Shown here: one piece after another, positions 57,863 through 64,000 of the stretch
Position numbering within the stretch: position 1 is the first letter of the stretch
Layout of the letters: every line of letters begins with the position of its first letter
Assembly (NCBI GenBank): GCA_039811685.1
Contig: JBDHZC010000001.1
Coordinates: forward strand, 64,001-128,000
Source: Armatimonadota bacterium
Lineage (GTDB): Bacteria; Armatimonadota; UBA5829; DSUL01
Length of the DNA stretch: 64,000 nucleotides
Direction of reading: 5' to 3'
Program-made: the position numbers and the translations under genes
The notes under the pieces: model-generated
What the model was told of the DNA's origin: nothing
Database searches by the model: none
What the model saw: only the letters and a program-made list of their open reading frames with translations

Positions 57863-58600
57863 TCAGTAACCCAGCTTTGTGTAGCGTTCCTCGATTGCCT
57901 TTACGTTTTCCGGACCACCTGGCAGGTTGACGCTGGAATACACTGATGGCTCAATTCCCATCCCAACCAGCTCTAAAACAATCCCTGCGTTGACAGCCCA
58001 CATGGCGCATGCGGCGGCCAGACCCGAGGCCGGACAGAGTCGCCTGTCGAACCCATCTACACTCAGCATCGCGTCTCCGGGAGGAGCGTGGTTGTCGAGC
58101 ACCAGATCGGCAACCTCAAAGAGCCGCTTGCCAGACGCATGTTCCGAGTCCAGCCGCCGGGAGTGTTCAACGCTTGTCAGCGCAACGACTGTTGTTCCCA
58201 GTGCCCTGGCCTGCAGCGCGATCTCCACGGGCATAGGTGTTTTGCCCGACACGCTGCCCACAAATAGCAGGTCTTGCGCCCGAAGCCTGCTGCGTCCGAG
58301 CCCGAGCTTTACAAACTGTGTCAGATCGTCTGCTGGCGGAAGTGGTTCTTTCTCACGAAAGCGGTTGGGGTTGGTCACGGAAAGCGAAATAGACAAAGGA
58401 GTCCATGCCAGCAGACCGCCTGCACGGCCGATCAGCTCGCTCGTCAGCATGTGCCCGGTGTCAAAGATATGCAGCACACCCTGCTTGGCCACGCTTTGCG
58501 CGCCCAGCGCGGAGACGCGCGCGATCGTTTCGGCTTCAGCCTCGCCGATGGTTGAAATCAGACTCTGCAAAGATGTGAAGTAGTTCTGGATCTGGCTCAA
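57863..58600 (-). CDS. SIS-domain sugar-phosphate isomerase (UPF0309-like)
   Basis: FDTGH..EL..RAGGL, SVSG, HASGKRL..D..LDN..GDA, SVNLPGG. Confidence 0.8.
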   Translation of the reverse strand: MSQIQNYFTSLQSLISTIGEAEAETIARVSALGAQSVAKQGVLHIFDTGHMLTSELIGRAGGLLAWTPLSISLSVTNPNRFREKEPLPPADDLTQFVKLGLGRSRLRAQDLLFVGSVSGKTPMPVEIALQARALGTTVVALTSVEHSRRLDSEHASGKRLFEVADLVLDNHAPPGDAMLSVDGFDRRLCPASGLAAACAMWAVNAGIVLELVGMGIEPSVYSSVNLPGGPENVKAIEERYTKLGY

Positions 58601-59535
58601 CTACTGTGCCCTTCTGTGTGAAATAGATATCGCGCAAGCTCGGCAGCGCCCTGGGCTGGCGATATTTCCGGTCGCAGGATCGTGGCATTTGGAAACTGGG
58701 TGCGGAATAGCCGGCAGAAAACATCTATGAGAGCAGCGCCCGCGTTGAACACGCCCCCCGAGAGTATCACTGGAAATGCCTCCTCCCCGCTGAAGAGTTG
58801 CCCTGCTGCAAAGGCCGCATCCTCAGCGAGAGACTGTGCGATATCGTGCACAATTCCCAGTGCGCCCGGTTCTCCCTCTCCGGCTGCTTCCGACACTTCT
58901 CGCGCAAAAGCTGCAATTTCCTCTCTGGGACGCTTCGCAATGTCCGTCGCGCAGACAAAGGCGATAGAGTCTGACTGACCCCCGAAAAAGCGCAGTAGCC
59001 GGTCAGAGAGAGATGTGCGCGCCCTTCGTCCGTCAATGCCACGCAGCGCAAGCTTAATGCCGCGCATTGCCATGTCATATGCGCCGCCCTCGTCTCCAAG
59101 CAGGCTTCCCCAGCCACCCACAAACCGCTCTTCGCCAGTCCTGCGCACTACCTGAAAAGACGATCCCGTACCCGCCACGACGACGAGTCCGTGCTCCTCG
59201 AATATCCCGGCGGAGGCAAACCCGATTTGGCGCTCACCGGCGAGGTAAATCCGAGTCTGCGGGAGTCGCATGTCTATGTAGGAGCGGGATTCACCAAAAT
59301 TCCCCGCTCCACACAGAGCCGCGCATGCAGGCGCGGGAAGTCCGTCCACTGCCCCATCAATCGCCTGCTTCAGAGACTCGAGGATGCGCTCCGGCGGGTT
59401 GTGAAAAGTATTCGAAGGCCCGCCGGACGCCTGAGACACTACGTGCCCTCGGTCGTCAATGACGACGGCGGCAGTTTTGGTACCGCCGCCGTCAATTCCC
59501 AAGAAAAGCCGCTCAGTTGTGTCAGGAGATGACAA
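58597..59535 (-). CDS. BadF/BcrA-type N-acetylglucosamine/muramate kinase-like protein
   Basis: GIDGGGTKT, VAGTGS, GGWGSLLGDEGG, GGVF. Confidence 0.88.
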   Translation of the reverse strand: MSSPDTTERLFLGIDGGGTKTAAVVIDDRGHVVSQASGGPSNTFHNPPERILESLKQAIDGAVDGLPAPACAALCGAGNFGESRSYIDMRLPQTRIYLAGERQIGFASAGIFEEHGLVVVAGTGSSFQVVRRTGEERFVGGWGSLLGDEGGAYDMAMRGIKLALRGIDGRRARTSLSDRLLRFFGGQSDSIAFVCATDIAKRPREEIAAFAREVSEAAGEGEPGALGIVHDIAQSLAEDAAFAAGQLFSGEEAFPVILSGGVFNAGAALIDVFCRLFRTQFPNATILRPEISPAQGAAELARYLFHTEGHSS

Positions 59536-59643
59536 TCGCGCTAACCACTCCGCCTATGCGCTGCGACGCCAGTTTTCGATAAGATCGACGCAACTTTATG
59601 CGCTTCCGCGCGAGCTCGTATCTCTCCTTCGAAAAAAGGTCAG

Positions 59644-61494
59644 CTATCTGCTGGAAGGGACAAGCTCAACCAGTGCAACTGAGTTCGTTGACAGGGATAG
59701 ACTCATCGTTTGCTGTGTGCCACCAATGCGTCGTCCTGCACCTGTCGTCTCCAACTCCGCTTTATCCTTGTTGTTGAAAGCGTTGGAGTGGTCCTTGTCC
59801 ACCATCCAGATGCGCGCCTGGCCACCAATGAGTTTTGACGGGAGCCCTTGCAAGTCCAGTTTGACCGAACGCTCGACGCCGTAGCGCTCCGAGAAGTTCA
59901 GCAACAGAACAGTCGTGCGGCCGGTGCGTTTGTCTGTTGAGGCAAATGCGGCAATTTCTGGGTCGTCCAGATTGAGCCGGATTGCTGTTGGCGCCATCAT
60001 GTGAACGAGCTTGATAGCGTTGTACACCGCTTTGGGCCGGTTTGGACCCATCAGCATACCCCAGCCGCCGCGGAAGTTATCGTCTCCGTCTTTTGCGTAG
60101 AAGAAGCAGGGTCTGGCAATGCGCCCGGGAATCATAGCGCGCAGGAGGGAGTTGATGGTCCACGCCGCACCCATTTCGTGGTCCTGCGGCCAGTCTGGCC
60201 ACCAGGCATAGTTCCACTCGGTGATCATGAACTCACGCACCCCCTTAGCCGCGCGCGGATAGTCCTTCATATACGCCCGTGTCACCTCAGCTTCCGCGCG
60301 AATGGTCTCCGGCGTCTGGAAGTACTCGTGCCAGGTGATGAAGTCAAGCGGCGCTCTGGTTTTTTCGCAATGTTCCAGCAGCCCACGCATGAACTTCTCC
60401 CCGTTCACCGCATAGCTGTGCTCAGGCGATGTGTTCCACGGGCCGCTCGCGTTACAGGGGCCACCAATCAGGGCTTTTGCATCTGCGCGCTTCACGCCCT
60501 TCCATGTGGCGTCGTAAAGCTTCAGATATTCCGTCAATCCATCCTCGCCCGGCTTGCCCATCAACCACCCGGCGTTGGACTCATTCCAGACCTCCCAGTA
60601 TTTGATCCGCTGCCCACGGCTGATGGCGTGCCGGGCAGCCTGGTAACACAGCTCCTCCCATTGCCCGTAGTCCGCAGGGCGCGCGTGCCGGTCAGGGTTG
60701 GGGAAAGCTTCCAGAGCTTCGGGCATATAAGAGGCGCATGCGATGAACTCACAACCGATCTTGTCCATAAAATCCAGTCGCCGATCCAGGTCTGACCAGT
60801 CGTAAACAAGTTTGCCATCCGGTCCTTTCTTCACGGCATTCGTGAGAATGTTGTCCATCCTGAACCATTTGACGCCGAGGTCTTTGAGGCGTTGCGCCGT
60901 GTCGTCGTTGTAGTCCGCCATGCCCGCACCCTGTGATAGCCCGACATAAGCGGCGGGCAGTTTCCAGGAAGTTTTGCGGACATCGAAGCTCACTTTGAGA
61001 GGGGTGTTTATGCGTTTGGCGTCCAAGAGGACAATTTCTGCTTCTCCGAGCTTCTGTTCCTTGTTCGCATCGCCAATATCACGAAACGCGCGGATGGACA
61101 CCCGCACCTGCTCTCCCGGCCTTGCGGATCGGGTCAACAGAGCCATTCCTGCGTGATCGTTGTCGTAACGAGCCTGCAGTTGCCCGTTGACATAGATTTC
61201 GCCGCCAGCGTCTGAGTTGATGTGCATTCCCAGCGGATTTCCTCGCGTAGGCGAGTTGTTGATCTCAGCAGGAATCGTTACTGTCGTTCTCAGCCAGGCG
61301 CCCTCCGGGCTGGTCTTGAAGGCATCTCCGGCAGAAATGTCTGTCCAGCCATCCCTGGAGGCGTCAGCTTCTCGTGCAGACAATGCGCCGTCCTGCCTGA
61401 ACTCCCAGGTCTTCCACACCATACCGCCCTCAGCGTTCGCCCGGCAGACGGCCAGTAGCAACAGGGCGCTGAGGAGAAAACGTAATTTTCTCAT
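59644..61494 (-). CDS. secreted GH39-family (clan GH-A) glycoside hydrolase
   Basis: Signal peptide; YDWSDLD, WEVWNE acid/base, LDFITWH, ITEWN nucleophile. Confidence 0.8.
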   Translation of the reverse strand: MRKLRFLLSALLLLAVCRANAEGGMVWKTWEFRQDGALSAREADASRDGWTDISAGDAFKTSPEGAWLRTTVTIPAEINNSPTRGNPLGMHINSDAGGEIYVNGQLQARYDNDHAGMALLTRSARPGEQVRVSIRAFRDIGDANKEQKLGEAEIVLLDAKRINTPLKVSFDVRKTSWKLPAAYVGLSQGAGMADYNDDTAQRLKDLGVKWFRMDNILTNAVKKGPDGKLVYDWSDLDRRLDFMDKIGCEFIACASYMPEALEAFPNPDRHARPADYGQWEELCYQAARHAISRGQRIKYWEVWNESNAGWLMGKPGEDGLTEYLKLYDATWKGVKRADAKALIGGPCNASGPWNTSPEHSYAVNGEKFMRGLLEHCEKTRAPLDFITWHEYFQTPETIRAEAEVTRAYMKDYPRAAKGVREFMITEWNYAWWPDWPQDHEMGAAWTINSLLRAMIPGRIARPCFFYAKDGDDNFRGGWGMLMGPNRPKAVYNAIKLVHMMAPTAIRLNLDDPEIAAFASTDKRTGRTTVLLLNFSERYGVERSVKLDLQGLPSKLIGGQARIWMVDKDHSNAFNNKDKAELETTGAGRRIGGTQQTMSLSLSTNSVALVELVPSSR

Positions 61495-61563
61495 GACATA
61501 TCCTCGACAATCTCGTTATGCATTGTTTCAACACGTCGCAGGCTGTCTCCTGTCACCAAACGC

Positions 61564-61598
61564 AAAAAGACCCCCGCACTCTCTGGTACGGAGGCCTT
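61564..61598 (-). terminator. rho-independent terminator after the small Zn-ribbon gene
   Basis: Minus strand AGGCCTCCGTAC..GTGCGGGGGTCT followed by TTTT. Confidence 0.65.
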
Positions 61599-61633
61599 CG
61601 GGCTTCACCGAAAAACTTCAACCGCTCACACGA

Positions 61634-61822
61634 TCACGCAGCCTGTTCCGCCTTGAGTCTGGTTGGCTCCAGTTCGGTGTCCACAGATAGCGTCCCGGCG
61701 GCTGTCAGACCCACCAGGTTAGAGGCTGTGGGAACGTTACTGCACTCGCGACAGACCCATTCCGCCAGGTCCTTCAGGTGATCCGGAACGTTAGTGATCT
61801 CTCTCCCGCATTTGCACGTCAT
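61634..61822 (-). CDS. 62-aa Zn-ribbon-like small protein
   Basis: MTCKCG..WVCRECS; AAAGGAG RBS and its own terminator. Confidence 0.65.
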   Translation of the reverse strand: MTCKCGREITNVPDHLKDLAEWVCRECSNVPTASNLVGLTAAGTLSVDTELEPTRLKAEQAA

Positions 61823-62029
61823 AGCAACTCCTTTGCGGCGGTCTGTTCCGCCCTCACAGGAGTTGTCCCACGCGCTATACCGGGGCTGTGCCCGTACTAG
61901 TGCGGGAAAAACGGGCTCAGCGCGTCACAGAAAAGCGAGGCTGAAACACTAGCGCTGGTGTTGAGGAGTCTCAGAGTCAGACTCCTTCGAAGAGACACAT
62001 CAGCCGAAATAGCCTTTGAGAAAGGAGAG

Positions 62030-63052
62030 CTAGATTTCGTCTTTCCAGGCTCTGGCCATCAGGTTCGACAGGCCTTCGGCGGCGGGACGTCCTTCAAAGA
62101 GGACGGAATGAGTCTCGCGCGCAATGGGCATATCTACACCGGTACTTTCGGCAAGAGCCATCGCGGCCTGCGTCGTCGGGACGCCTTCCGCAACCTGGCC
62201 AATATCGTTCAGCGCCTGCTCCAGCGTTTGCCCTCGACCCAGCGCAAGCCCAACGCGCAGGTTGCGGCTGAGATGGCTGAATGAAGTCGCAAGCAGATCT
62301 CCCACTCCCGATAAGCCGGAGAACGTCTCCGGACGCGCGCCAAGGGCTGTGCCAAGCCTTGTCATCTCCGCAAGTCCACGTGTCAACAGGGCCGCTTTGG
62401 TGTTATCCCCAAACCCCATGCCTTCGCAGATGCCCGCGCCGATAGCCAGGACGTTTTTCAGAGCTCCGCCGAACTCTACACCGGCGACATCGGTGCTGGT
62501 GTAGACGCGTAGGGTGCGCCCTGCCAGTACTGAGCGGCAAACGTCCGCAACATCGCGATCTTCGGCTGCGACCACGCTTGCTGTGGGGACTCCCGCGGCA
62601 ATCTCAACGGCCAGATTCGGCCCGGACAGCGCAGCTATCCGCCGCCCGCACTGGGGCGCGCGAGAAGAAATGATCTGGCTGATTCGCCTGCCAGTCTCGC
62701 AGTCCAGCCCCTTGGATGCGCTAAGGAGCATGTGGCCGCTATCCAAATGGCGCGCCGCGCGCATCATTACCTCGGCAACTGCGCCGGACGGAACAGCGAC
62801 AATCACCAGCTCAGCGCCACCAAGCGCATCGGCCATATCGGAAGTGACTGCCATGGTCTCAGGAAAGGGGTATCCGGGCAGATATCTCTGATTTTCCCGC
62901 CTGAGCTCGTAGTCGCGAGCAGTCTGTTCGTCGCGCTCCCAGAGCGTCACGCGCCGCCCGTTGTCAGCGACCAGCCGCGCAAGCGCCGTACCCCAGCTTC
63001 CTCCACCCAGCACAGCAATCTGTCCGTTGTGTTCTGTCATCTTTTCATTCAT
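62030..63052 (-). CDS. gpsA: NAD(P)H-dependent glycerol-3-phosphate dehydrogenase
   Basis: VLGGGSWGTA, SKG, LSGPN, GGALKN, GDN, GLSGVGDL, SRN, AEG. Confidence 0.96.
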   Translation of the reverse strand: MNEKMTEHNGQIAVLGGGSWGTALARLVADNGRRVTLWERDEQTARDYELRRENQRYLPGYPFPETMAVTSDMADALGGAELVIVAVPSGAVAEVMMRAARHLDSGHMLLSASKGLDCETGRRISQIISSRAPQCGRRIAALSGPNLAVEIAAGVPTASVVAAEDRDVADVCRSVLAGRTLRVYTSTDVAGVEFGGALKNVLAIGAGICEGMGFGDNTKAALLTRGLAEMTRLGTALGARPETFSGLSGVGDLLATSFSHLSRNLRVGLALGRGQTLEQALNDIGQVAEGVPTTQAAMALAESTGVDMPIARETHSVLFEGRPAAEGLSNLMARAWKDEI

Positions 63053-63686
63053 CCAGTGGCCGCCAGAAGTTTGCCGCAGTCCACCCGGCGACAACAGCCA
63101 GCGTCATCAAACCCGGGAGGCTTGCTTGCGGGGCGGCGCCCGCCATCCGCAGTGCCACCTGTAGCTCGGGAGCTGCAGAGTAGGCAATTGCGATAGCGCT
63201 TAGAAGGTGCAGGCTCAACAGTATCACGACAGTCGCGCATCCTTCCACGCGTGTCATTATCACAAGAGCCAGAAATCCCGCCAGCACAAATACGGGTCCA
63301 AACATCAAGGACAGGACGACCGCAAACCCGACAGGCGCCCAGTGCTCGTCCACACTTTGCACCACCTGGTAAACCGAAACGAGAAAACCTGCACAAAACG
63401 ACGTGCTAACGGTGACGATGTTGCACGCCACTGGCACGAAATGAGCCGCAGCCATTGAGACTGCCAGCAGGGGAAGGGCGAGCCCAAGAAACCACTCAAG
63501 CCTGATAGACAGTGGCGCCAGCGGCGTAACCGGGCAATCGTCTGTGTTATCTGCGGGATCGTTTGGCGGTGGAGCTCCCGCGGGCGCATTCGTTGAGGCT
63601 GAAACAGGGTCAAGGACGCGTTGGCACCACTCACACTGGTGCAGGTCGGCTGTTTCCATGCCACACCACGGACATGTGCGCGGCAT
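63045..63686 (-). CDS. membrane protein with N-terminal Zn ribbon
   Basis: CPWCG..CEWC followed by several hydrophobic helices; overlaps the gpsA start. Confidence 0.6.
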   Translation of the reverse strand: MPRTCPWCGMETADLHQCEWCQRVLDPVSASTNAPAGAPPPNDPADNTDDCPVTPLAPLSIRLEWFLGLALPLLAVSMAAAHFVPVACNIVTVSTSFCAGFLVSVYQVVQSVDEHWAPVGFAVVLSLMFGPVFVLAGFLALVIMTRVEGCATVVILLSLHLLSAIAIAYSAAPELQVALRMAGAAPQASLPGLMTLAVVAGWTAANFWRPLDE

Positions 63687-64000
63687 CAATCCAACCTCAA
63701 CGAAGTCACGAGATTTCGCAGTAAAGGCAGACTCTTCCGCCACTGCTTTTCCGGAGTCAGAGCAATAACCGACCAGACTCTGTCTCCCGATATCAGCGTG
63801 TAGCGGAAGCCCCGCAGCCGCTGTCCGTTGCGGGAGGCCTGAACGAAGCTGACAAGGCTGACAGTCTGCAACGCGCGAGAAGTTTGCGCCGGTTCTTCTG
63901 AGTAGTGCGTCAGACCTGAAGACGCGATACCTTCGAGCGCGGCGTGAACGGCAGGTAGAGGGTCCTTCTTTCTAGCCTCCTGCGCCTGCGCCAAAGACAA
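63686..64000 (-). CDS. hypothetical protein, 5'-partial
   Basis: Open to the window end; stop overlaps the next ATG (TGATG coupling). Confidence 0.5.
   Translation of the reverse strand: MSLAQAQEARKKDPLPAVHAALEGIASSGLTHYSEEPAQTSRALQTVSLVSFVQASRNGQRLRGFRYTLISGDRVWSVIALTPEKQWRKSLPLLRNLVTSLRLD

Overview
Gene-dense, GC-rich chromosomal window from a diderm bacterium. The DUF1559-like prepilin/H-X9-DG protein, the OB-fold secreted protein and the sugar-enzyme content suggest Armatimonadota or a similar lineage (inference). From left to right: a partial HlyC/CorC transporter; an ECF sigma / zf-HC2 anti-sigma / RseB-like / Spy-like envelope-stress cluster; a STAS protein; a pseudopilin, sorbosone-dehydrogenase, cytochrome c and araB run; a metal-uptake operon (DUF2946-like CxxC/RAPP leader peptide, outer-membrane barrel, ZnuA/C/B-type ABC); a c-di-GMP-I riboswitch ahead of a large exported surface protein; tRNA-Leu(CAG); and a decayed Rhs polymorphic-toxin patch (orphan DPDG-HExxH toxin tip, YD-repeat fragment, inverted and direct repeats). 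Then come a secreted protein with a pilin, a PilT/PilU ATPase, a STAS-GT4-glycosidase-HMT-livKHMGF run, heparinase-II/III-like and GH127 enzymes, a complete hdrCBA-flxDCBA electron-bifurcation cluster, a sugar ABC system, metG, mutY/mutT, an amino-sugar kinase/SIS/GH39 cluster and gpsA. The most notable items are the RAPP-leader-controlled porin/metal ABC operon (with a GTDHAS motif shared by two of its proteins), the riboswitch with its long structured leader, the Rhs relic hidden from the ORF track, and Hdr-Flx in a sugar-degrader context. All calls come from reading motifs by eye; no database searches were run.
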